64,000 nt of DNA from an uncultured delta proteobacterium (GCA_963716725.1 CAVQUB010000013.1:32001-96000); one strand, 5' to 3'; positions 54,904 to 64,000 are shown, numbered from the stretch's first letter. The notes: a model not told the origin generated them from the letters alone. Translations and numbers: made by a program.

Positions 54904-54952
54904 GGGAAGGAAGAATGAACTGCCAAAACCCACCGAAGCTCAGGGTACGCGC
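54904..54952 (-). other. Putative oriIS-like end of IS91-like element A
   Basis: GTACCCTGAGCTTCGGTGGGTTTTGGCAGTTCATTCTTCCT shared with 60337-60386; homology stops right after. Confidence 0.65.
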
Positions 54953-55282
54953 GGCGCGTTTCGAGGTCGAGGGGTGGTCGGGAGTGGTCGGAGTAGCTGG
55001 TACTGACGCTGCTCGCCGCTCCGACCCTTCAGGGCGAGGCTGAATGCGCCACCGCGGAGGGACCACCGCCTTGGCGGGGCGCTCGGCGAACCCTCACCCT
55101 CCCCCGAACCCCAGCTCCAACTGCTCGGGCACGCGCAGCTTCTCGCGCTCGAGCGGCGGCGCGCGCGGCCCGAGGCCATGCTCGGCGAGCAGCCGCGTGA
55201 TCGGAGCGCGCGTCGTGGCGACCTCGGCCCAGCGCATCGGACCCGAGCAGCGCGGGCAGGTCTCGACATCGGCCTGGAACAC

Positions 55283-55309
55283 GACCCTGGGAAGTCCCCG
55301 ACGGGGGAC
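55283..55309 (-). repeat. 27-bp hairpin mini-element
   Basis: Adds VPRRGLPRV; the equivalent site in copy B (~60700-60710) is empty. Confidence 0.9.
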
Positions 55310-55469
55310 ATGGGCCAGCATCCATGCCCATCGTTTACGCTGCACCGGTGCGTCGTCCTTCTCGCCAAGTAGCTCGAGCTGGTCGCCGCGGGCGGGCGGC
55401 GGCTTGTTCGCGGTCGCGTCCGCTGGCGGTGTGGGCACGACGAGGCGCCGTCGAGAAGAGTGGCTCGAC

Positions 55470-55496
55470 GACCCTTGGAAGTCCCTGAAGAGGGAG
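55470..55496 (-). repeat. 27-bp mini-element, TCCCT-CTTC-AGGGA stem variant
   Basis: Adds 9 codons after GVLS. Confidence 0.85.
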
Positions 55497-55597
55497 AGCA
55501 CGCCGAAGTACCGCAATAAGTGCCAGCGAGGCGGTGGCACCGCGGCCACCAGACGCGGGATGAGGTCAGCCGGCTCGAAGACCAGCGCGCGTGTGCC

Positions 55598-55624
55598 GCC
55601 CCCCGTCGGGGACTTCCAAGGGTC
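55598..55624 (+). repeat. 27-bp hairpin mini-element
   Basis: Adds DPWKSPTGG within WRD/GT. Confidence 0.85.
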
Positions 55625-55710
55625 GTCGCGCCAGGGACGCTTGAAGCTCAGCTCGAGCTTGCCGTCGGCGCGGCGCGCGAGACGCTCCTGCGAGACGGAG
55701 GGCGCGTGAT

Positions 55711-55737
55711 GTCCCCCGTCGGGGACTTCCAAGGGTC
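55711..55737 (+). repeat. 27-bp hairpin mini-element (consensus copy)
   Basis: Adds DPWKSPTGD between CKY and ITRP. Confidence 0.9.
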
Positions 55738-55926
55738 GTACTTGCAGATTCGCTCCACGCGACGGCGATCCCGTCCGTCGATGGCCTGAGCTGCGTGGAT
55801 GTTGATACCGCGCACCTCCGCGATGGGCTCGTCAATGGCGTCTGCGGCGCGCGGGCGCGCGGTCGGCTCTGGCGAGGTGAGCAGCCGCAGGGGCGGCTTT
55901 CCGGCGCGCTCGCCGCTCACGGAGAC

Positions 55927-55953
55927 GACCCCTGGAAGTCCCCGACGGGGGAT
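55927..55953 (-). repeat. 27-bp hairpin mini-element
   Basis: Adds IPRRGLPGV. Confidence 0.85.
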
Positions 55954-56376
55954 GCCCTGCGCTGCGGCGGCGTAGCAGGCGGCGAGCCCGGGCTCGTCCA
56001 GGGCGAGCTCGGGCGGGGTGTCGTCGTCGCACTCGGGGTCCAGGCTTCGGCCATGCGCACGCAGGATCTTCTCGATGCGAGCCGCGGTGCGCGAGGCGAC
56101 CTCGGCGATGTCCGCGTGAGAAGGCGCGTCGAGCTCCAGGAACTCGAGCGGAGCGCGCGGGTCGTCGTCCTGGTGCACGTACACGCCGTCGAGCACGAGC
56201 GCGTGGCAGTGAACGTTGAGTCGGAGGGCACTGTCTGTTCTCTGCACCGCAACCACGGCGCCGGTGTGACAGCTGGCGACGCTCGCGACGCCGAGCTCGC
56301 GCTTTGCGCGCCAGCGCAGTGAGCGGTCCACCTCCGCCATGAACGCGCTCACCACCTCGGCGCAGAGCTTCCGGTC

Positions 56377-56403
56377 GTCCCCCGCCGGGGACTTCGCAGC
56401 GTC
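56377..56403 (+). repeat. 27-bp hairpin mini-element
   Basis: Same protein site as 51752-51778, loop CGCC. Confidence 0.85.
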
Positions 56404-56677
56404 GTAACCCAGGAGCGCGCGCAGACCCCAAGGCAAGGAGCAGATCCAATGGCGAATGCGTACGCGCGGCAGCACTCGCTCCTCCAAGTGCACGGCGATA
56501 TCCGCCATTCGGCGCCCGACACAGGAGGGGCAAAAGCCGCGCTTTTTGCAGGAAAAAGCCACCAGCTCGGAGTGCCCGCAGTCACGACACACGAGGTGTA
56601 GACAGCCGCGCTCGAGCTGCCCGCAGGTCAGAGGTGACGCCACCTGTGTCATCGGCGCGCGCTGTCCGTAACCTGGC

Positions 56678-57955
56678 TCAGAAGGCGAACGAGAGCGAAA
56701 GGTATCCGCCACCCGCCAACGGTCCACCGTCGACCTTCGGCTTCAGCCAGGTGGTCTTCCGTGTCGATTCGACGTCGTGGATCGACTTTCGCAGCAGTTT
56801 TCGGTTGTGCTTTTCGGCGTAGATTCGCGCGTCGTACTCCGTGAGAAGGTGATCGTTCGGCGCTCCTTCTCCGAAGACCAGTCCAAAGATGGTCAGAGGC
56901 ACTCCGGCGACGAGCAGCGTGAAGCCGCCGGTGAACGCCGCGATGGTCGGCGGATCGTTTCCCTTGAGATTCCCGAATGCCAGGCTAGCCGTTGTGAGGC
57001 CCGCACCCACGACGAGCATGGTGATCCCGCCGTACAGCTGGAACTTGGCGCGGTGGGTCTCGACGTCGTCGAGATCCTTCTCTCCCGTCGCCGCACGATA
57101 CCGACGCACGAACTCGTTCTCCGAGACGAATCCCTGTGCGTCGGAGAACGCGTAGCCGCCATACGGACTAACCCCCACCTTCATCTTCTGCGACTCGTAG
57201 ATCGCCTTCACCTGATCGCTCGCGGATGTCTCGCTGATGCCCGCTGCTTTGGCGACACCGAGCGGGCCCACGTCGTCCTTCTTCGAAGGGTCACGTGGGT
57301 GCACGCCGATGGCGAAGTAGCCGTGGACTTTCTTGCGGTGGAGGACCTTCAGGGCCACGGCGCCGGACGTGCTGCCTACAGAAACGATGTCGACCCCCGC
57401 GCTCGCGTTGGTCTCCTCGCCGGTGGCGTACTCGCCATCTCCGTAGACGATCGACTGCACGTAGCCGTAGCCGCAGGCGTTGCCGCCCTTCTCCGCGCAA
57501 CAGGCGGCGTACTCGGTCGTGTCGGCGCGGACGACCTTCTTCTGCGGGGCGAGCTTGTAGAGGAAGTGCGTCGCGTGGCTCACGTCGGCGCCGAATCCGA
57601 ACAGGCCGAGCGTCGCGCTAGCCTTCGCGCCGACCGCGAGCTCTTCCGCGTCCTCGTACGTAGCGGTCATCGCGAACGTCTTCGCCGGCTCGAGCTTGTC
57701 CGCGCATGGGTTCGGCTGGATGAGCTTCGCGATGGGCTCCCCGGCCTGCGGTGCCGATACGATGATCCTCCCCAGGATCGTATCGTCATCGCTCGGACCC
57801 GGCACGAGGACGTACTCGTCGCCGATGGGCAGCTTCGGTTCGGTCGGCGTGTTGGTCGCGGTCGATCGCGGGGTCGGCGTACTGCCGCATCCTGACGCAA
57901 ACGCGACCAGCACTACCGAGGCGATCATGGCCTGGCTCGTCTTCACCTCTCGCAC
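56678..57955 (-). CDS. Hypothetical lipoprotein with two C-terminal hydrophobic segments (start may be 57928)
   Basis: Lipobox ASGC; ends LSLSFAF. Confidence 0.7.
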   Translation of the reverse strand: MREVKTSQAMIASVVLVAFASGCGSTPTPRSTATNTPTEPKLPIGDEYVLVPGPSDDDTILGRIIVSAPQAGEPIAKLIQPNPCADKLEPAKTFAMTATYEDAEELAVGAKASATLGLFGFGADVSHATHFLYKLAPQKKVVRADTTEYAACCAEKGGNACGYGYVQSIVYGDGEYATGEETNASAGVDIVSVGSTSGAVALKVLHRKKVHGYFAIGVHPRDPSKKDDVGPLGVAKAAGISETSASDQVKAIYESQKMKVGVSPYGGYAFSDAQGFVSENEFVRRYRAATGEKDLDDVETHRAKFQLYGGITMLVVGAGLTTASLAFGNLKGNDPPTIAAFTGGFTLLVAGVPLTIFGLVFGEGAPNDHLLTEYDARIYAEKHNRKLLRKSIHDVESTRKTTWLKPKVDGGPLAGGGYLSLSFAF

Positions 57956-58113
57956 CCTGCACTTTCCGGCGATGATGCTACACGCGGGCGCATAGGTAGA
58001 ACAAGAGGGGGGTAGTTGCGCTTGTCAACCACCTACCGTTCGCAAACCCCGGACTGGCGTGAGGCGGCTGTCAGCCCGGCTTGTCTGACACCTTCCAGGT
58101 TGCGGAGCGCGGG

Positions 58114-60012
58114 CTATTTGAGCGGGACGAGCTTGTCGCCGAGGTGTCGGACGGCGTCGTGGCGCTCGCGGGGTGCGATGGCGTACGTGGCCTCGATGAG
58201 CCTCGCCGCGTGACGGTAGAGGCGCTCTCGATCTTCGGCAGGCTGGGCGAGGAGCGTCTCGACGATGGTGTCGAGCCAAAAGGTCCTCTCCAAGTTGCTG
58301 TCGGTCTCGGTCGCCTTCTCGACGCAGGCGAGCAGAACGCACGCGACGTCGGGCACGTCGCGGAGAGCTTCGCGCTCGACGCGGAGCGGCTCGAGAAAGC
58401 GGTCGCGCGCGTCCATGCGGTTCTTGTAGAGGAGCTCGGCAAAGAACTCGCCTTCGGTCTTCGCTGCGACGTTTTTCACGATGCCGAGCAAATAGCGCGC
58501 ATCAGCGCTGTCGGGAAGGGCGTTTGCAGAGCGTTTTGCCTGGAAGATCGTGAGGCCATCGACGATGGCGTCTTGTGGGTAGCCAGCGATGGCGACGCGG
58601 ATGTTTCGCTCGGGGTCGAGCAGCCGGAGGCGTTCGAAGTAATCGTCGAGCAGCGCGAGCACCTCGGGACGCCGGCGCGCCTCCAGCGTACGGCGCGCGC
58701 GCTCCTGGCGCTCGGCCAGGTCGCGCAGCTCGCAGCGCGCTTGCTCGATCTGCTCGGCGCTGGGAGCGTCCGCGCAGAGGTCGACACGCGAGCGGCCGTT
58801 GCGATCCTTGCGCGGGCGGTGGTTGGTCGTGCGTGCCCAGACCTGGACGACCAAGCCGAGGAAGCGGCGGGCGAGATCGTGGGCTTCGGTCCGCGTGTCG
58901 AGCTCGAGTGGAGGCAAGATCTGAGAGAACAGCCCGAAAGCGCCCTCGACGTGCGCCTTATTTTGCGGGCGCTCGATGGTCGCGCGTATCCGGATCGTGT
59001 CGCCGAGCGCCGCGTCGACCTCTGGTGAATGGTTGGACGGCTTGTTGTCGAGCAGGAGCGCGAGCGGGGTCGCGCCGGTGGTCGCTGTGCCTTGCTCGAA
59101 CGCCTCGACGACAGCGGCGCTGTCCTCCTCGTCGCGCACAGACGTGCCAACGAAAGCGCCGGTGTGTGCGTCCACGTCGAGCTCGAGATTGAAGACGAAG
59201 CGCTGTCCATCGACGACGACGGGCACTTGCATGCTGTCACCGACCCACTGCGCGCCGGGGAGGTAGGTGCGGAACGCGCCACGCAGCGCGAGCTCGTCGG
59301 GGCTACGGCCGACACGAGACGCCGGCTTGCGCCGCCCATGCACCGCGAGAATGCGCCGGACGAGGTCGCGGCCGAACGACAGGTGCAGGTCGCGCCGTAC
59401 GTGCTCGCAGAATTCGAGGAACGAGCCCTGCCAGCGCTCCCAGGCGTCGAGCACGGTCTGAATGTGCAACGTCTCCACGCTGGCCATGTCGGTGTCGGTG
59501 TCGGCACCGGCGCATGCACCCGACGTCGGCGTGCTGGCCGCGGGCACGTCGTCGCCGGCGCTCACCGGTGCGTTGCGGATCCAGTCCTTGAGGGTGCCGA
59601 GCGGGATGCGCGCCGCCTGCGCGAACGCCTCCAGCTCGAGCGAGGCGTGGGTGTGCACCAAGCCGAGCAGGAAGCGCCGAAACTCGTCGCTGTATTGCTG
59701 TCGCCTCGCCCCGCGATCCACGCAGCCGGGATGCGCCATCACGTGGTCGAGCACGCTGCGGGTCACCGCCGCTCCGGCCTCGCTCGGCGGCGTGGAGCAC
59801 TCTTTCGGCGGCCGTCCCGGCGCCCGCGCTAGCGCTGGCAAGGCGGCGGCGATCTTGCCAGCGGCCTCGTAGGCCTGGCTCTTGGAGCAGCCAGCGGCCT
59901 TCACGATCGCATCGACCGGCGGCACCGGCAGCCCGCGCTCCTCGCCGAGCGCGCGCCCGAACAGCAGCACGCCAGCGAGCCAGGCAGGACAAAGCGCGAC
60001 GGAGGCAATCAC
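58114..60012 (-). CDS. Large rve/DDE integrase-core-like protein
   Basis: PGAQWVGD, LLLDNK, PQNKAHVEGAF spaced like a DDE triad. Confidence 0.7.
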   Translation of the reverse strand: MIASVALCPAWLAGVLLFGRALGEERGLPVPPVDAIVKAAGCSKSQAYEAAGKIAAALPALARAPGRPPKECSTPPSEAGAAVTRSVLDHVMAHPGCVDRGARRQQYSDEFRRFLLGLVHTHASLELEAFAQAARIPLGTLKDWIRNAPVSAGDDVPAASTPTSGACAGADTDTDMASVETLHIQTVLDAWERWQGSFLEFCEHVRRDLHLSFGRDLVRRILAVHGRRKPASRVGRSPDELALRGAFRTYLPGAQWVGDSMQVPVVVDGQRFVFNLELDVDAHTGAFVGTSVRDEEDSAAVVEAFEQGTATTGATPLALLLDNKPSNHSPEVDAALGDTIRIRATIERPQNKAHVEGAFGLFSQILPPLELDTRTEAHDLARRFLGLVVQVWARTTNHRPRKDRNGRSRVDLCADAPSAEQIEQARCELRDLAERQERARRTLEARRRPEVLALLDDYFERLRLLDPERNIRVAIAGYPQDAIVDGLTIFQAKRSANALPDSADARYLLGIVKNVAAKTEGEFFAELLYKNRMDARDRFLEPLRVEREALRDVPDVACVLLACVEKATETDSNLERTFWLDTIVETLLAQPAEDRERLYRHAARLIEATYAIAPRERHDAVRHLGDKLVPLK

Positions 60013-60070
60013 GGTGGGAGTACCGGATCTGCCTCCGTCGCTGGACGTTTGTCGATCTAGTTTCGAACGA

Positions 60071-60336
60071 CTATTGCTGTGTAGAGGCCCCGAGCAGCCT
60101 CTGCCCCAGCAGCCACACCTCGGGTACGCCGCCGCGGCTCGTCACCTTGAACAGCTCGAGGCAGCGATCGCGAAGGTCGAGCAGGTCGCTCGCGTCGCGG
60201 CCGGTGCCCGCCTCGATGCGCGCGAGCACCTCCTCGACGCGACCGTAGTAGCGGTCGGCGGGCACGAGCAGTCCGCCGAGCGCGTGGTGGGTGCGCCCGT
60301 GATTGCACCAGTGGATGTGCGCGTCGAGGCGGCGGC
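60071..60336 (-). pseudogene. C-terminal fragment of IS481/IS3-like integrase-core transposase
   Basis: WCNHGRTHHALGG..PADRYYG; cut off by the IS91-like end. Confidence 0.65.
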
Positions 60337-60386
60337 GCGTAGGAGGAACGAACTGCCAAAACCCACCGATGCTCAGGGTACGCGCG
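60337..60386 (-). other. Putative oriIS-like end of IS91-like element B
   Basis: GTACCCTGAGCATCGGTGGGTTTTGGCAGTTCGTTCCTCCT. Confidence 0.65.
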
Positions 60387-60866
60387 TGGCGGTCGGAGGT
60401 CGAGAGGCAGGTCGGGGTGGCTGGCTGAACAGTTGGTTGCCGCTGCTGAGCGTCACAGCGAGGCAGAACGCGCCACCGCGCACGGAGCACCGCCTTGGCG
60501 AGTCCCGCGACGAAGCCTCACCCTTCCCCGAACCCCAACACGAGCTGCTCGGGCACCCGAAGGTTCACGTGTTGACGCGGCGGCGCTCTCGCCCCGAGAC
60601 CGTGCTCGGCGAGCAGGCGGGTGATGGCAGCACGCGTCGTGGCGACCTCGGCCCAGCGCATCGGACCGGAGCAGCGGGGACAATGGTCCATGTCAGCTTG
60701 GAACACGTGGGCCAGCATCCATGCCCATCGTTTGCGCGGCACCGGCGCGTCGTCCTTCTCGCCAAGTAGCTCGAGCTGATCGCCGCGGGCTGGCGGCGGC
60801 TTGTTCGCGGTCGCGTCCGCCGGCGGTGTGGGCACGACGAGACGCCGGCGCGAGGAGTGGCTCGAC

Positions 60867-60893
60867 GACCCTTGGAAGTCCCTGAAGAGGGAG
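60867..60893 (-). repeat. 27-bp mini-element (stem variant)
   Basis: Same site and sequence as 55470-55496. Confidence 0.85.
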
Positions 60894-60994
60894 AGCACGC
60901 CGAAGTACCTGAGGAGATGCCAGCGAGGCGGCGGCACCGCGGCGACGAGGCGCGGGATGAGGTCGGCGGGCTCGAAGACCAGCGCGCGTGTGCC

Positions 60995-61021
60995 GCCCCC
61001 CGTCGGGGACTTCCAAGGGTC
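60995..61021 (+). repeat. 27-bp hairpin mini-element
   Basis: Same site as 55598-55624. Confidence 0.85.
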
Positions 61022-61108
61022 GTCACGCCAAGCACGCTTGAAGCTGAGCTCGAGTTTGCCATCCGCGCGGCGCTCGAGGCGGTCCTGCGCGACAGGTGGG
61101 CGCGTGAT

Positions 61109-61120
61109 GTCCCCCGTCGG
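61109..61120 (+). repeat. 27-bp mini-element truncated by IS4 insertion
   Basis: GTCCCCCGTCGG abuts the IS end; same site as 55711. Confidence 0.75.
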
Positions 61121-62613
61121 CTCAGGATTGATCGCATTTCCGTATGGAATCGAGGGCCATCTGCCACCCCATGCGTAGCAGGAGCAGTTTTTCGTAGCCG
61201 CGTCCGAGGGTGAGCCAGCCCGGCGCGCCGTTGTTCTTGATGTGACCGCCCAGTCTTGCGAGCAACGCAACCGCGTCGCGGACTGTCTTTGGTTTCGGCA
61301 AGCCGCGGGCAGCTGGTGCCTGGTGGAGGAGAGCTAGCTCGGTCTCTGTGAAGACGGCACTGGCGGGCGCGCCGGAGTGGAGCCGATCCATGCTGCGAAG
61401 CCAGAGTAGCTGGCAGGCGATGGGCGCCAGGATGGCGAGTACCTTGCAGAGGGCGTCATACGATTCGACTTGTCTCCGCTCCAGGGAGCACCCGGTCTTC
61501 AATGCCTTGAAGTAGTCCTCGATCGTCCAACGCTTCCGATAGAGGTCGACGACCCGCTCAAGGTCGGTTTTTTGAGCCACTGGTTCAGAGGTAAGGAGCA
61601 CCCACTCGACAGCGGGCTCGCCCGCGGGTGGTGACTGCTCCCAGACCCGTACGACGTTGATTTCGAAGTCCGCTCCTCCCGACTTGGTGTACCGGGTTCG
61701 ACCGAGCGTGATCCTCGTCGATGCGATGCTGACGCGCGCGACCCGTGCGGACCGGTGCGGGTGCTTCCGCCTCCCGTTGGCGCCGCTCGTCTTGAAGTTC
61801 TGTTTTCGCTCGCTGAGCGCCACGTCTCGGTGGACGATTGGGACCAGATCTGCCACCACTTCCCTCAAGTGCCGCGCGTCGCCCTCGTCGTAGACGAGGC
61901 GATCGATTTGCCCAGCCCGAATGATGAATCGGGTGGACTCATCCGCCATGTGGCGCATCAGCTCGAAGAAGTCCGCTTCTGCATCCATCACGTGGATGGC
62001 ACGCGCGGAGAGTTTCGGCGTCCTGGTAGCACTCACCCCGCGCAGCCATCGCTCAGATTCTCGTGATTCCTTGTCGCGCCTGGTCGTTCGGGCTGCCTTC
62101 CGCTTCTGCCATGTCGCTCCGGTGCGCGTATATGTCTCAAGGTGACCGATCCCCAGCGGCACTCCGGTGGTGGCGCAGAGGCACAACGACATGTGTGCCA
62201 TGAATCCCTGTCGGCCCAGCGCTGTCGTGTGTAGGCCAGCCCTGCACGCGTTCCTTCACCCCGAAATTCGACCGTGGTCGTATCGTGAATGAACAGAACC
62301 TCCTTCGACGCTTCGGCTCGCTCCAAAGTTGCTCGCCGATGAGGCTCGAACAAGTCCGCCGCGTCGAACGCATCGTTGTTCAGAAACCGATAGAACGCCT
62401 CGAGCTCAGCGGGAGACTCCAACGCCCGAGGAAACCCAACGGCTGGGTCATGTTCGATAGCCTCCACCACGCGAACCAGTCGCGCGCTGCGCCTCGCATC
62501 ACCCAACTCCGCGCCGTCGAAGTCCCGAGTCAGCCGCTCAAATCGCTTAAACCTAGCCACATCGAGCTTTGATCACGCCCGATCGCTAGATGCAAGATGT
62601 GATAGATCCTGAG
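61121..62613 (-). mobile_element. IS4-family insertion sequence; transposase 61122-62560 frameshifted near 62220; no TSD
   Basis: IR CTCAGGAT/ATCCTGAG; LGDARRSARL, HDTT, VMDAEAD, YRKRWTIEDYFKALKTGC. Confidence 0.87.
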
Positions 62614-62663
62614 CCCTGCCAGGTGCTCGCCGCGCTCCGCGCGGCTGCGCGCCCGTCTGTCCC

Positions 62664-62735
62664 GCCGAGTAGGGACCCCCGGTTGCCCGGGGGCCCCTCT
62701 CACAGAACCGGACTTGTGGGCCTCACATCCGGCTC
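62664..62735 (-). ncRNA. Group II intron domains V and VI (3' end of intron)
   Basis: D5 GAGCCGGATGTGAGGCCCACAAGTCCGGTTC; D6 GGGGCCCCCGG-GCAA-CCGGGGGTCCCTACTC. Confidence 0.85.
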
Positions 62736-62835
62736 TTCGGGACGATGGCGTTGGCGACGGCCGTGTTCTTCACGAGACCTCATGGCTCGCGAAGCCCGGG
62801 GCGGGTCCTCTTCCATCATCAGCTTGCGCCTCAGC

Positions 62836-64000
62836 TCATCTTCCCTGCCGCACCGGCGGCGGGAAGCCGATGTCCCAAATGCGCTCGTGGTTGCCACGCC
62901 AGTGAGCGTGCAGCGCAAAGAGGCCGCGTCGCTCGAAGTACTCGTTGTTGAGCCCCCGAGAAACGGCGCGGACCTTGCTGAGCGCCCACCAGCTCCGTCT
63001 TCGTGCATGTACATCGACGTGCACGAGTGGAGCCGGCACTCCCATTTGCTTCAATCGGTTCACGATGTGCCGCTTGCGCTTCCACTGCTTCAGCAGAAGA
63101 GCGCGCAGGCGACGGCGGAGATGACCGTCGACACGGTCCATTCGAGGGTGATGCTTCCCATCGCAGATCGCGAAGTAGCCGAGCCAACCGCGGAGATAGA
63201 CGTTCACGCGCTGGATGCACTCGTCGAACGACTGCCCCCAGTTGCGCGGCGTAAGCTCCTTCAGCCGTTGCCGAAGACGCTCCCAGGACGACTCCGCCAC
63301 CAGGACGCGGACTGGCCCAGACTTCAGCCGATGTAGCGTCAGTCCGAGAAAAGACCGCGTCTGTGGCTTCGCCACCTTGCTCTTCTCCTTGTTGACCCTG
63401 AGCCGCAAGCGCTTCGCGATGAAGCGCTCGAGACTCGCCATCACACGTTGCCCGGCAAGCTCGCTCCGTACGTAGACATTGCAATCGTCTGCGTACCTCA
63501 CGAATCGATGCCCTCTCGCTTCGAGCTCATGGTCGAGCTCGTCGAGCACGATGTTGCTGAGCAGCGGCGACAGTGGGCCCCCTTGCGGAGTCCCGCGGTC
63601 CATCGCTACCACCAGCCCATCGGGCATCACCACCTTGGCCCTGAGCATCTGTCGGATGAGCGAGAGCACGCGGCAATCCGCGATGCGCTGCTCCAGCCGC
63701 GACATCAGTCGATCGTGGTTCACTTGGTCGAAAAATTTCTCCAAATCGATGTCCACGACCCAGTCGTTGCCGGCTCCCAGATGCATCTTGGCTCGTTTGA
63801 TGGCCATGTGGGCCCCACGACCCGGGCGAAAACCGTAGCTCCAATCGTGAAAGGTCTTCTCGTACTGCGGGCTGAGCACTTGGTGCACCGCCTGCTGCAC
63901 GATCCGGTCGATCACGTTCGGGACTCCGAGTCCTCGCTGACCTCCACTCGCCTTGGGGATCCACACGCGCCGGACATCCCCGGCTCGATAACTCCCGTCC
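62836..64000 (-). CDS. ltrA: Group II intron reverse transcriptase/maturase (5' end beyond window, no endonuclease domain)
   Basis: SYGFRPGR, DIDLEKFFD, GTPQGGPLSPLL, RYADD, GWLGYF maturase X. Confidence 0.95.
   Translation of the reverse strand, partial: DGSYRAGDVRRVWIPKASGGQRGLGVPNVIDRIVQQAVHQVLSPQYEKTFHDWSYGFRPGRGAHMAIKRAKMHLGAGNDWVVDIDLEKFFDQVNHDRLMSRLEQRIADCRVLSLIRQMLRAKVVMPDGLVVAMDRGTPQGGPLSPLLSNIVLDELDHELEARGHRFVRYADDCNVYVRSELAGQRVMASLERFIAKRLRLRVNKEKSKVAKPQTRSFLGLTLHRLKSGPVRVLVAESSWERLRQRLKELTPRNWGQSFDECIQRVNVYLRGWLGYFAICDGKHHPRMDRVDGHLRRRLRALLLKQWKRKRHIVNRLKQMGVPAPLVHVDVHARRRSWWALSKVRAVSRGLNNEYFERRGLFALHAHWRGNHERIWDIGFPPPVRQGR

Larger units (their letters stand above)
55094..56626 (-). 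pseudogene. IS91/ISCR-like HUH transposase copy A (5'-truncated, frameshift ~55703, six 27-bp inserts)
   Basis: SCKKRGFCPSC, NVHCH, CKY/ITRP, KRPWRD/GT, HLLRYFGVL, CPRC. Confidence 0.88.
60518..61120 (-). pseudogene. IS91/ISCR-like transposase copy B (C-terminal part, truncated by IS4 element)
   Basis: ITRPPVAQDRL...WRD/GT...HLLRYFGVL...CPRC; near-identical protein to copy A. Confidence 0.85.

Noticed and set aside
55283..56403. CRISPR array (27-bp palindromic repeats)
   Set aside because: Spacing is irregular, both orientations occur, the intervening DNA is continuous transposase coding sequence, and there are no cas genes.

Overview
GC-rich window from a myxobacterium (Myxococcota, probably Polyangiales-like, judged from MYXO-CTERM proteins, many Ser/Thr kinases and lipoproteins). 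It starts at the usually origin-proximal rnpA-yidD-yidC-jag cluster. Bases 1-49 kb are mostly housekeeping and envelope genes (pspA, CDF exporter, guaB, two tRNA-Ser, gcvPB, ccsA-hemA-hemC-lpxK, pssA, astB, glyA, kinases). One mobile hotspot sits at 26-32 kb, where an HNH gene is cleanly interrupted by a 3258-bp three-gene DDE/AAA transposon with TGTAG...CTACA ends and a 5-bp target duplication. From 49.2 kb to the end is a nested mobile island built on the duplicated 3' end of a kinase gene. It holds three IS91/ISCR-like HUH transposase remnants, three DUF559 nuclease cassettes with conserved hairpin ends, two IS4-family elements, a two-DDE element, lipoprotein cargo and a group II intron. 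The most striking signal is a family of exactly 27-bp hairpin mini-insertions (consensus GTCCCC-CGTC-GGGGAC-TTCCAAGGGTC, followed by GT in every complete copy). There are 14 copies, all in mobile DNA. Most add 9 in-frame codons to the HUH transposases; empty and filled alleles, one nested copy and compensatory stem changes are visible in the window, and both IS4 elements landed inside such a hairpin. Frameshifts in yidC, guaB and astB look like assembly errors.
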